Source: a virus
Length of the DNA: 40,789 nucleotides
IMG/VR virus record: IMGVR_UViG_3300028831_000215
Location: 1-40,789 of that record
Reading direction: 5' to 3' (one strand)
This document shows positions 23,786-32,744 of this stretch, piece by piece. Below the pieces are notes generated by a model. That model made no database searches, was not told where the DNA came from, and saw nothing but the letters and a program-made list of their open reading frames with translations. A program made the position numbers and the translations under genes. The first letter of the stretch is position 1, and each line of letters begins with the position of its first letter.

Positions 23786-26343
23786 CGAGTCGTCGCCTCC
23801 AAGCTGTCTGCGAGGGCGCGAGCGGAGAGCCGCCCCTTCTGGCGGTTCTCCTTCCGCTTCTCGTATTGCTGGGATTTGATCTGGGAGCGTTCAAACTTCC
23901 GGGACTGCTTCAAGTCCACGTAACGGATGGGCAGCAACCCCGCCCACTTCGCCACACCCTGCTGCGCCTGCTCGCTTCCCTGCGAGGCACGCACGGCATC
24001 CACGGCGGTGTTGAACAGAGGCGGGAACTTGTAGAGCGCCGCCGACAGCTCGGGGCTTCCGAAGAGTTGCCCGTGCGCCTCAAAGATCCCCGCGCCCTTT
24101 CTCCATTGGTGCGGGATCATGTGCGCCACCGAGGGCAGCTTGACCAGGCTATTGGGGTCTTCGGTCTTCCCCTTCAACGCGGAACGAAGCGAGTAGAGTT
24201 CTTCCGCGCCTCCCGCCAAGGGATTCACCATCCCCACCGCCGCGTCCACTCTCCCTCTCCATCCACGGCCCCTCGTTCCCATCAACTGGTTCATGTGCCG
24301 CATCGGGTTCATGTTCGGGTCCAGGATTACGACCTTGCTTGAGTCGGCCCCCGTTCCCCGCCAGAGCACGACCGGCATCCCCTCTTCTGCTCCCGGTCCC
24401 ATGAGTCGGGCGTCCTCGTCCTTGAATCCCAGCCGCGTGTTCTCGTTTCGGGCCGTCTGCTCCACCGCTCCCAGGGTCCCAGGACGGGTTGCCGCCGTAC
24501 GGAACAGGGTCGGGAAGAGTTGCCGGGAGAAGGCGTAGAACGGGACCTTCCATCTGCGGAGGTCGTTTTCCGTGGGCGTGAAGTTCGATTGGGAGTAGTC
24601 CCCAAGGGCCTTACGTGTCGCCTGAGAGGCTTCCACGGGGGTGTCCCCTGCCTTGATCCGGTTCAGGCCGTACTCTGTCTTCATGGCGTCGTAGAGGGCC
24701 GAGTTGACCTTCTGGAGCGGAGCGAGGTAGGAGGTCTGGTAGTCGGCGGGCTCGGCGCTTTTCCAGCCCGAGCGAATGGCCTGCTCCTCCATCGCGGGCG
24801 AAAGCTTGTTCCCCGTCGCGGCCCGGCCCAGAGCACGCAACACGGGGAGCGGCCCCTGGTCGATGCCGAGCTTCAACCCGTGGGTCAAAGCGAAGCGTTC
24901 CGCGAAGGCGGGGACCCCGGAGGTAACGAGCGGCTTCCAGCCTTTCGTCCCCTTGGTCATGAGCGCGTCGGCGGTCGCGGTGGGGCCTGCCCTTTTCCCC
25001 TCCTCGAATCCTCGGAGGAATCTCACTTCGCTGGGGCGGAGCCGTGCCTGATCCAATGCGGCCCTAGTCGGGTCGTCGAATCCCGCGAGGATTCCTTCCG
25101 GCAAAGGCTGCGGCCCGCCCTTGGGAATCCCGGCAAGGATCTGGTTCGCCTCGGAGGTCGTGACGTGTTCTGGGAGGTCTCGGCTCGTCATCCCTCCGGT
25201 ACGTAGCGAGGAGAGGATGCGGGACGCGCCCGCTTGCGAACCGGCGGGGACGACGCCTCCCCCTCCTCCAACGTCCCGAGCACTCGCAAAGGAATTGATG
25301 AACTGAGCGTTCGCCATCTTGGCACCCTGCTTCGCTCCGTACTGAGCGAGCACTTTCCCGGACGTGGGGAATTGCCCGGTCTCGTCCATGGCGCGGGGGA
25401 AGTAGCCCACGGCGTTGTCTCCGGCTCCCAAGGCCCAGGGCTTCATGCCGAGAGCGGCGCGTTTCTGTGGGAACTGAGAAAGCCAATCCCGAGCGTCGGT
25501 CACGACCTGGATCTCTTCCGGGGTCAGTCCCCCGACCGCTTGCTGATGGGGACGGCGGGCCAAGTCTTCCACCGCCGTGGCCATGCGCGAGGTAGCATCC
25601 GACAAAGACTCGCCCCGAAGCTTCGCCCCTTTCGCGGCGGCTTGGTCCCAGCGGTTCCCAAGCACTTGCCCTTCATGGGTCACGAGTCGGGACTGGTCCA
25701 TCAAGGATTGCTCGCGTAGGAGCTGCGCCGCTTGACGGCCCTCCTGGGTTGCGATGGGAGCGGTGCGAGAGACAGCTCCAGCCATTTCCCCGACCGTGGA
25801 ACGGGTGCCCGGGATTCTTGCGCCCCGGATACCGGAAGCGTCCATCATGCCGGAGACAGCGGGAGCGACTGCAGCCAGGGTCCCTTCCCCGATCCAGTTC
25901 AAGGGAAGCCCTGCGGCGAAGCCCCCCAACGTAGCGGGGACGTAGGCAAGATCCTTGTTGAGGCCTGCCTTCCGGGAGAGTTCATAGGACGCGGCCCCTT
26001 GCGTGTATCCCCTGGGCGGGGTACCGGTGGCGACGGCCTGCCCCACGTTGGCGAGAAAGCGGAGCGGGCTTGTGTGCTTGTTCTCGGTGACCGCCTCAAC
26101 GAAGGGAGCGGCAGCGGAAGCCTCCAGCGCATCGACCCTGTTCCCCACTTGCTGCATGAGTGCGTTGGCGGGATAGGCGGCGGCGTACTCCAGGGGGCTT
26201 TGCTTCCACGGCTTTTTCGATACGCCCGTGCTGGCAGGGGCAGCGGAGGAGAATCCTCCGTAGCGAGCGGCCAGCGCGTCAAGGCTGTCCCCATGTACTG
26301 GCGTCCCGCCGTACTGAGCCGCGAGGCTATCGAGCGAATCCAA
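23782..26343 (-). CDS. Large internal virion / ejection protein (853 aa), putative
   Basis: Size and position after the nozzle-like gene. TTG start immediately after an in-frame TAG. Confidence 0.5.
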   Translation of the reverse strand: MDSLDSLAAQYGGTPVHGDSLDALAARYGGFSSAAPASTGVSKKPWKQSPLEYAAAYPANALMQQVGNRVDALEASAAAPFVEAVTENKHTSPLRFLANVGQAVATGTPPRGYTQGAASYELSRKAGLNKDLAYVPATLGGFAAGLPLNWIGEGTLAAVAPAVSGMMDASGIRGARIPGTRSTVGEMAGAVSRTAPIATQEGRQAAQLLREQSLMDQSRLVTHEGQVLGNRWDQAAAKGAKLRGESLSDATSRMATAVEDLARRPHQQAVGGLTPEEIQVVTDARDWLSQFPQKRAALGMKPWALGAGDNAVGYFPRAMDETGQFPTSGKVLAQYGAKQGAKMANAQFINSFASARDVGGGGGVVPAGSQAGASRILSSLRTGGMTSRDLPEHVTTSEANQILAGIPKGGPQPLPEGILAGFDDPTRAALDQARLRPSEVRFLRGFEEGKRAGPTATADALMTKGTKGWKPLVTSGVPAFAERFALTHGLKLGIDQGPLPVLRALGRAATGNKLSPAMEEQAIRSGWKSAEPADYQTSYLAPLQKVNSALYDAMKTEYGLNRIKAGDTPVEASQATRKALGDYSQSNFTPTENDLRRWKVPFYAFSRQLFPTLFRTAATRPGTLGAVEQTARNENTRLGFKDEDARLMGPGAEEGMPVVLWRGTGADSSKVVILDPNMNPMRHMNQLMGTRGRGWRGRVDAAVGMVNPLAGGAEELYSLRSALKGKTEDPNSLVKLPSVAHMIPHQWRKGAGIFEAHGQLFGSPELSAALYKFPPLFNTAVDAVRASQGSEQAQQGVAKWAGLLPIRYVDLKQSRKFERSQIKSQQYEKRKENRQKGRLSARALADSLEATTR

Positions 26344-27171
26344 CTACTTGATCCCCGCGTGAGCGCGGAAGGCGTCAGCGGACGCCTGATCCTTGAAGGT
26401 GTAGGTCTTCCCGTTGGCCGTGACCGTGACCCCCTGGCCACCCCGCACCACGGTACGGGTGGTGTGGATCACGTTTCCGTTCTCGTCGTACTGCAAGTCG
26501 GTGGTGCCTCCCGTGACAGGGTTCACGCGATTCTGGTAGTAGGTGATGATCGCCTTGGCGTGGGCGGCTTTCCTGGGGTCCGGGTTCTTCTCGTTCGCCT
26601 GCGCCCACTCGATATCCGAGATGCCCACCTGGGAAGCGGGCGGGGCCTTGGGCTGGGGAGTGGTCCCGTACTGCTTCTCGTAGTATTGCTGGGCCGCCGT
26701 CTTTCTCGCCGCTGGCGGAACGCCCTGTAAGAATCCGGGCAGCACTCTCGCCGGAGGCATGGGAGCGCCGCTTTCCGTGGGGCCGTACTGAGGGGCGTCC
26801 ACGGTCCAGTCTTTCTCGTTCTGTCCCTGAGCCTGGGGATGGTAGAGCGCGTCCGCTTCGTACTTCGCTCGTAGCTCGGGGTCCACGTTGGGGTCCTGAT
26901 ACCAGGGGCGCGGGCTATACTCCTGGGGCGGCCTCAGCATGTGGGCCATCTGCGCTTCCATGTACTGCTGCTGGATCGCTCTCTGCTGCGCTTGCTGGAC
27001 CTGGGCCTCCTGCTCCGCTCCCGCTGACAAGGCTCCACGGATACCAGCCTGGAAGGACCCGAAAGGATCGGTCCCCAGAGCGGGGCCTTGCTGGGCGATA
27101 CCGGCCAAGGCGCGAAGCAGCGCCGCTTTTCTCCGGGCGTGGGCTGAGTTCGCTGGGGTCGTGCTGGACAC
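26344..27171 (-). CDS. Internal virion protein (275 aa), Q/Y/P-rich, putative
   Basis: ORF track. GTG immediately after an in-frame TAG. Confidence 0.5.
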   Translation of the reverse strand: MSSTTPANSAHARRKAALLRALAGIAQQGPALGTDPFGSFQAGIRGALSAGAEQEAQVQQAQQRAIQQQYMEAQMAHMLRPPQEYSPRPWYQDPNVDPELRAKYEADALYHPQAQGQNEKDWTVDAPQYGPTESGAPMPPARVLPGFLQGVPPAARKTAAQQYYEKQYGTTPQPKAPPASQVGISDIEWAQANEKNPDPRKAAHAKAIITYYQNRVNPVTGGTTDLQYDENGNVIHTTRTVVRGGQGVTVTANGKTYTFKDQASADAFRAHAGIK

Positions 27172-27861
27172 CTAGTACCCACCTCTCCGCATCATCGTGT
27201 TCCCGGAGTACATGGACTGCCCGCTTCTGTAGGTGGAGTAAGGATCGTAGGGAGCCTGATAGCCCGCCGCTGGGAGCCCGCCCTGGAGCGATGAGGGCAC
27301 GTCGTTCAGGGACCCCATGTCCTGGGTCGGCATCGGTGCCGATTGCCCGCCACCGAAGCTACCTGCGATAGCACCTCCGACCTGGAGGGCACCGCTTGCA
27401 ATCTTGGCCGCGTTCGTCGGGGACTTCTGCGCCCCTAGAATCCGCCCGTACATCTGCTGCCCCAATCCCTGCCGCCCCTGAATCCTCTGCATCGCCAGCG
27501 CCCTAAAGTTCGCCGCCTTCCGCGCCGCCGACTGTGCCCCCAATCCCAGCTTCTGCGACATGAGCCGCCCGATCACGTCTCCCGTGACCCTCGAGTAGTC
27601 CCGTCCTGCCTGCCCACCCGAGTAGAGCCCGTAGTTCCGGGCGCGGATCGCGTCATAGGCCGGAGAGAATTGCTGACTCAGCCCCATGAGGGCCGAGTTA
27701 TAGGCGTCCTGGGTCCCCTGGTCTTCAATCGACCCGTAACGGGCCTGGATCTGATCCAGTTCCTGGGGAGAGAAGATGTCGTTTGAGACCTGATCGTAGT
27801 TCCCCAGCATCTTCGCCATCTGGTCTGCATCGAGGAGCGGCAGTTGGAAGCGGCCAGCCAT
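27172..27861 (-). CDS. Internal virion protein (229 aa), G/Q/S-rich, putative
   Basis: AAAGGA SD before the ATG. ORF track. Confidence 0.5.
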   Translation of the reverse strand: MAGRFQLPLLDADQMAKMLGNYDQVSNDIFSPQELDQIQARYGSIEDQGTQDAYNSALMGLSQQFSPAYDAIRARNYGLYSGGQAGRDYSRVTGDVIGRLMSQKLGLGAQSAARKAANFRALAMQRIQGRQGLGQQMYGRILGAQKSPTNAAKIASGALQVGGAIAGSFGGGQSAPMPTQDMGSLNDVPSSLQGGLPAAGYQAPYDPYSTYRSGQSMYSGNTMMRRGGY

Positions 27862-27875
27862 CTAGAGGGTCCTTT

Positions 27876-28214
27876 CTACCTGAGTGCGATGACGGCCCAG
27901 GTGTATGGAACGGTGCAGCGGAAGGCAACGGTGTCGCGGGAGAATGGTGCAGGGGTGTCCGTGTAGATCGTTCCGGGTCGCGCTCCAGCCGTGGGAGAAT
28001 GAATCCCCGTCTCGACAATCGTCCACGTCCTGGGAACCGACCCCAGGTTGTGCCGTGTCGGAGTCAGGGTGTCATAGGCTCCGGTAACGGGGCCGAACTT
28101 GATGTAGACGTGGACCTCCTTGAACTGCCCCATCGTTCGGGAGTCGTAGGTCCGTCTTTTGGGCAGCGCCACAGCCCCGGGATTGATGTCTCTCGATGTG
28201 ACGGTCTTGATCAT
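27876..28214 (-). CDS. Hypothetical beta-rich structural protein (112 aa)
   Basis: ATGA overlap with the upstream stop at 28211-28214. Confidence 0.5.
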   Translation of the reverse strand: MIKTVTSRDINPGAVALPKRRTYDSRTMGQFKEVHVYIKFGPVTGAYDTLTPTRHNLGSVPRTWTIVETGIHSPTAGARPGTIYTDTPAPFSRDTVAFRCTVPYTWAVIALR

Positions 28215-30640
28215 CCCGGCTGCTTCCTTCGGGTCTTCTTCCCGTGGAGGAAGGCCGAGAACACGTAGGCGTTCCGCTCCAATGAAGCGGTCACGTTGGC
28301 GGTACACCTGAGATTGATCGCCGCGCATCCCGTTCCCGAAGTCGAGAAGCGGGACACGTAGGAGGTCAGGGTGTCGCTATCGTCCCCCGTGGGGCTCGCG
28401 GCCAGGACCGGCTTTTCCCCGATGGCCAGGGTCGTATTGACCGAAGTCGCCAGAGACCCCAATCCCAGGGTGTCCAGTTCCCAGAGTTCGGGGACCATGA
28501 GTTCCGCCTTCCAGGGGCCGTAGGGAACCTCCCAGAGGCATTGCATGGTCGTGCCGTCGTCATTGATTCCGGCTTCCCCGAACCAGACCGCAAGGTCCGT
28601 GGTAGCTCCGCCCCAGCGATGCCGCCCGTAGACCGGGGCCAAGCGCCCCTCGTAGTCCGTCCCGTGCGGCCAGCGCACCGAGCAGATCGGCTGCATGTAG
28701 TCTTTCTCCGAATTGGAGAACGTGGTCTTGCTCCACTCCCCCGTTCGGAGCGAATAGAAGTACTTGGTGAAGAGGTTCCCATAGAGGGCCGAGGGCCACT
28801 GATTGGCGAAGGCCGACCCCCTATCTTGCGGGATCAGCTCCAGCTCGTAGCCGAAGTCGTACCCCACCCCGCGAGACATGCCGTGAACCAAGGTGGAGCA
28901 GTTCTCCAGTCTCACGGGCCAGCCCAGAGGTTGGGGCGGGTTCACTCCATCCCACATCATGGGGCCAGCCTCGGAGAGCCAGAACAAGACCCCGTGCGCC
29001 ACCACAATCGACCATGGAGCGACACAGCCGATCTCAGGATGGATCGTGATGGGATACCAGTCGTCGGGGGTTTCCAAGCCCGCGATGCCGTACATGGCCC
29101 GCTGCGTGAACACCACGGCCATGTCCGCGTAATCCGCCATCCCCGTGACTTCATCTCCGCCCCCGGTCGTGAAGTCCTGGAATCCCGAGTCCGACAAGGT
29201 ATCGAAGGCTTCATATTCCCCGGGGAGGGAGGGCCACACGCGAGAGGGGGTGCCGCGCCCGTTCGCCAGGAGAAGGCGATTCTTGTGGAACAACATGAGC
29301 TTCGCGTTCCGGGGAGGGGTCCGGTCCCGGGTGTCCAAGTTGACGAGCGGGGAGATCAAAGGCAGGTTCTGCCAGTCCTGGTATCCCACGTTCCCGATTC
29401 CGTTCACCGGGTAGGTACCGTCCCCGGGCTGGCGGAACACTTGGGCAATCAGGTAGGCGGGAACCGAATCGTAGAAGGCCGTGGAAGCGCCCGTGAGATC
29501 CCAGGTGCGGTAGATGAAGAAGCAGTCCACGATGCCCGAATCGTAGAGAGCTAAGTCCGCAGGGTCGATGTTCAGGTTGACCCCGAATGGAGCGCCCGAA
29601 GTGAAGGTCCCGATCTTGGTGGGCGGAGACTGTCCCCAGGCCCCTGCCGGTCCGTACCCGTAGGTCACGTAATAGGTGTAGGTCCCGGCGGGGACGTTCC
29701 CGGCGCTCACGGCTCCGGTGATGGTGCCCCCGGGCTTCGTGAACCCGATGGTGGCCGCTAGATTCTGATCCCCCTGATATCGGCGTTGCACCTGCCCGTT
29801 GGTCCAGTAGGCGACACCGTTATGGGAGGCGATGGAGACGGGGGAATCGTTGCCCGCGTCCAAAGCCGATACCCCGTCCGCGACGGCCCACTTGGTCTGT
29901 AGGGGAGGAGTGTTCTCCGAGGCGAACCGCCAGAGTTTCGCGGTGGTCGGGCTTGACAGCGAATTGCTCGTTGAGACCAGCGTCACGGTACGGGCCGGGA
30001 AGTCTCCCGTGATCTGAATCCCGTAGTTGCGAGGCGCAATCGGCCCGCCCCCGACCGCTGTGATCTCCGCGTAGACCGCGTAGCCGTAGTAGCCCGAGAC
30101 GAAATTACCCCCCCAATCCGAGGGCGGAGAGAATCGGATCGGGCGCTCCCCCAAGGCCGTGAACTGCTCCGTCACTCCGGGGAGGGTTTGCGCGGCACCG
30201 TTCGTGTCGAGGTACTTCCAGGCAATCGTGCAGTTGGTGTTGATGCGCCCGATCTGCGGGGTGAAGATCGAGAACTTGCCCGCCGGAGAGATGACGTAGA
30301 ACCGCTCTCCCACCGCCGCTGTGCTGAACAGAACGAAATACGCTTGCTGGGAGATGTCTTCCGAGAAGGCTCCCGCAGCCGTTCTCCGGAGCAACACGGG
30401 CCAGGAAGATCGCATCTGATGCCCGCCCGTGACCATGGACGTAGCACTCGATCCCACGAGGGGAGAAGCAGCGGTCCACGTTCCTCCGGTGGGCGCGGGC
30501 TTCTTCACTCCCGCACGGATTCGGAGGCCGCCTTCGGGGGTCGTGCGAAGGTTCTCCAGATCCGCAAGCCGCTGGGGGTCCTCTTCCAGGGTCTTCCGGG
30601 TCCAGAGCCCCTTGAATTGCTGTAGCGCGTTCAGGAGCAC
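28211..30640 (-). CDS. Tail tubular B / nozzle-like protein (809 aa), putative
   Basis: About 800 aa, following a roughly 240-aa adaptor-like gene as in podovirus tails. No motif-level proof. Confidence 0.45.
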   Translation of the reverse strand: MLLNALQQFKGLWTRKTLEEDPQRLADLENLRTTPEGGLRIRAGVKKPAPTGGTWTAASPLVGSSATSMVTGGHQMRSSWPVLLRRTAAGAFSEDISQQAYFVLFSTAAVGERFYVISPAGKFSIFTPQIGRINTNCTIAWKYLDTNGAAQTLPGVTEQFTALGERPIRFSPPSDWGGNFVSGYYGYAVYAEITAVGGGPIAPRNYGIQITGDFPARTVTLVSTSNSLSSPTTAKLWRFASENTPPLQTKWAVADGVSALDAGNDSPVSIASHNGVAYWTNGQVQRRYQGDQNLAATIGFTKPGGTITGAVSAGNVPAGTYTYYVTYGYGPAGAWGQSPPTKIGTFTSGAPFGVNLNIDPADLALYDSGIVDCFFIYRTWDLTGASTAFYDSVPAYLIAQVFRQPGDGTYPVNGIGNVGYQDWQNLPLISPLVNLDTRDRTPPRNAKLMLFHKNRLLLANGRGTPSRVWPSLPGEYEAFDTLSDSGFQDFTTGGGDEVTGMADYADMAVVFTQRAMYGIAGLETPDDWYPITIHPEIGCVAPWSIVVAHGVLFWLSEAGPMMWDGVNPPQPLGWPVRLENCSTLVHGMSRGVGYDFGYELELIPQDRGSAFANQWPSALYGNLFTKYFYSLRTGEWSKTTFSNSEKDYMQPICSVRWPHGTDYEGRLAPVYGRHRWGGATTDLAVWFGEAGINDDGTTMQCLWEVPYGPWKAELMVPELWELDTLGLGSLATSVNTTLAIGEKPVLAASPTGDDSDTLTSYVSRFSTSGTGCAAINLRCTANVTASLERNAYVFSAFLHGKKTRRKQPG

Positions 30641-31356
30641 TAGTTGTTCCAGTCCGTGTCGTCCACGGTGTAGTCCATGTCGTCGATCACGGGAGCCGCC
30701 TCATCTTCGGTCTCAGGCTCCGCCGAATCTCGGGCGCGTTGCTTGGCCAGTTCCCAGGACTTCGCGCAGAGTTGGGCGAGGACCGCCTGCTGTGGGTCCA
30801 TGATCGCCATCCGCATCCGCGCTTTCATCTCCGCGTAGTCCTTGCAGGCGTCCATCCAGACTTCCGTCAGTTCCGGCGCTTGCCCTCCATCGACCATCGT
30901 CTTGGGCATCTGACGGAGGTAGATGAAAAGATCGGGAGCTGTGCCGGTACTGCCGAAGTTCTTGTCCCAGACGATGCCCTTGACCGAGTTCCCGGAGGCG
31001 TCGTTACCGGCCCAGACCGCGTACTTGCTCGGGGTGTCGGAGGTCTGCGTGGTGCGGTCCACGGGGCGCTCCTTGATGTGTCCCATGGGGCGGATGCGCT
31101 TCTGGACGTTGGAACGCCTCAAGTCGATACGAACGATCTTGATGAAGTCAGGGGCGGGCAAAGACATGATCTCGACGTTCGCCTGACTCGTGCCCTGGAA
31201 ACAGGTCTTGAGAATCGGCCCTTCCATGGCGAGCGTGCGAGCGGCCTCGGAAAGCCAGGTGGCGACCATGGCGCGAGTGAAATGCGCGGGGGTTGCGGCT
31301 GTGGTTCCAACGCGGTCGCAAACGTCGTTGATGCAAGTCGCGGTGTCTTCGGCCAA
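30640..31356 (-). CDS. Head-tail adaptor / tail tubular A-like protein (238 aa), putative
   Basis: Synteny only. Acidic C-terminus. Confidence 0.4.
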   Translation of the reverse strand: MAEDTATCINDVCDRVGTTAATPAHFTRAMVATWLSEAARTLAMEGPILKTCFQGTSQANVEIMSLPAPDFIKIVRIDLRRSNVQKRIRPMGHIKERPVDRTTQTSDTPSKYAVWAGNDASGNSVKGIVWDKNFGSTGTAPDLFIYLRQMPKTMVDGGQAPELTEVWMDACKDYAEMKARMRMAIMDPQQAVLAQLCAKSWELAKQRARDSAEPETEDEAAPVIDDMDYTVDDTDWNN

Positions 31357-31539
31357 CTACTTCCCTCGTTTCTGGGCCATGCGGCGGAAGGTCATGGCAA
31401 GCCGCGCCTCACGAGCGAGCTTCCCGCCCTTCCCTGCGGCGGCCTTTTCCTTGGAGAGCGGAATCTTCTTCCCCTCCGGGACCCCGAGCTTCCGGTGCAA
31501 GGCTCCCTTGTCCATGTGCATCCCCTGAATCCAGTTCAC
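31357..31539 (-). CDS. Small basic protein (60 aa)
   Basis: TAGGAGG lies 8 nt before the GTG. KGALHRKLGVPEGKKIP. Confidence 0.5.
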   Translation of the reverse strand: MNWIQGMHMDKGALHRKLGVPEGKKIPLSKEKAAAGKGGKLAREARLAMTFRRMAQKRGK

Positions 31540-31551
31540 CGCTTTAGCCTC

Positions 31552-32154
31552 CTAGTGCCCTGCGTGCGATAGCCACACTTCCCCTTTGCCGGGAAGCATG
31601 AGATGGATACCGTTGATGTAGCTCGTGGAGTCGGTCTCCCCCACCACGAGACGCGCTCCGAATTTCCGGTACTCCTTGTTCCGCGCCTCCTCAGTGATCC
31701 CAAGAGGCTGTCCCGCGAAGGAGAGCGTGTTTTCGGTGTGGAGCTGGAAGAGCGCCCCGAACCCCGAGGCGTTGTAGTCCGCGCAGAGGAGCGTCCCCTT
31801 GATCTGGAACTTGGCGAACCGGGACCCGTCCGGGAAAAGCGTGAAGGGGTACAGGTAGGTTTCGATGGACCCGTTCTCTTCCACCTCCGCCAGCGTCCCC
31901 TCGGCGTACTTGAGCAAGGGGGTGTAGAAGGAATCGCCCGGGGCCTCAAACGGCATCACGCCCAACGTGGTGTCGGGGTAACCGGGGAGTCCCTTGCAGC
32001 GAAAGACCCACGCCTGGGGCGCGTTTAGCGAGGGCGCTTGGTGCCTGTCTCCACAGGAGACTGCGGGGCGGGCGGGCTGGAGGGCGCGATACGGTACGTC
32101 ATCCCCGCACCCGGAAAGCGAGAGCAGGACCGCTAGCAGAATGGCTTTTCTCAG
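31552..32154 (-). CDS. Lipoprotein (about 200 aa). Start proposed at the CTG at 32154; the first canonical start is a TTG at 31965.
   Basis: The in-frame upstream extension encodes (CTG)RKAILLAVLLSLSGCGDD, a textbook lipoprotein signal with the LSGC lipobox. Confidence 0.65.
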   Translation of the reverse strand: MRKAILLAVLLSLSGCGDDVPYRALQPARPAVSCGDRHQAPSLNAPQAWVFRCKGLPGYPDTTLGVMPFEAPGDSFYTPLLKYAEGTLAEVEENGSIETYLYPFTLFPDGSRFAKFQIKGTLLCADYNASGFGALFQLHTENTLSFAGQPLGITEEARNKEYRKFGARLVVGETDSTSYINGIHLMLPGKGEVWLSHAGH

Positions 32155-32243
32155 AACTTGTCACCGCTCCTCGGAAGAGGTGTATGCTAGGAGACGGAAC
32201 AGAAGTGATGCCGTCTCTAGTCTGGAAAGGTGGGCTGATACCC

Positions 32244-32744
32244 ATGAAATACTTGGTGATTCTCCTGGCGCTGCTGGTCGCGGCCCCGGCTCATGCCATG
32301 TGGGGCCTGACGTTCAGCGCCGTGGCAGACTCCGAAGATCCGCTCTTGGTCGGCTATTCCACCAACGGCTACGCGACTTTCGACTCTGACCCCTACGGAA
32401 CCGTCCCGCCGACCATGACGGACTTCTCTTTCGATTGGGACGGGGTTTCCTGGGATGAGACGAACACTAGCTTCCTCTGGACCCCAGGAGCACGCCCGGG
32501 CCTCACGTTCACGGGCTTGGATGGGCTCAATGCGTTCACGGTCTTCAACACCGGGGACGCTGGCTTCACGTACACCGCTCTGAGGGCGCTTCCGGTCTCG
32601 GGGCCAGTTCAGTACCAGGGGTCGCTAATCAGCTGGGCAGCGTTTTACTACCCCGATCCCATACCGGAACCCTCAAGCGCTCCGCTTCTCGCCTTAGGTC
32701 TGGCGCTCCCCCTGGGATTCCTCGCGGTGCGGAAAATCGCCTAG
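32244..32744 (+). CDS. PEP-CTERM-anchored exported protein (166 aa)
   Basis: Sec signal MKYLVILLALLVAAPAHA. C-terminus IPEPSSAPLLALGLALPLGFLAVRKIA (PEP motif, TM helix, basic tail). Confidence 0.7.
   Translation: MKYLVILLALLVAAPAHAMWGLTFSAVADSEDPLLVGYSTNGYATFDSDPYGTVPPTMTDFSFDWDGVSWDETNTSFLWTPGARPGLTFTGLDGLNAFTVFNTGDAGFTYTALRALPVSGPVQYQGSLISWAAFYYPDPIPEPSSAPLLALGLALPLGFLAVRKIA

Noticed and set aside
22757-32163. TGA recoding (code 4/25-like) as an explanation for the missing starts, since the in-frame stop upstream of TerL, capsid, lipoprotein and exonuclease is TGA in all four
   Set aside because: Reading through those TGAs yields shadow-frame junk (for example the 114-aa frame over terS). 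Sixteen well-supported late genes terminate on TGA, with the next gene coupled to it. TGA is also simply the commonest off-frame stop in GC-rich DNA.
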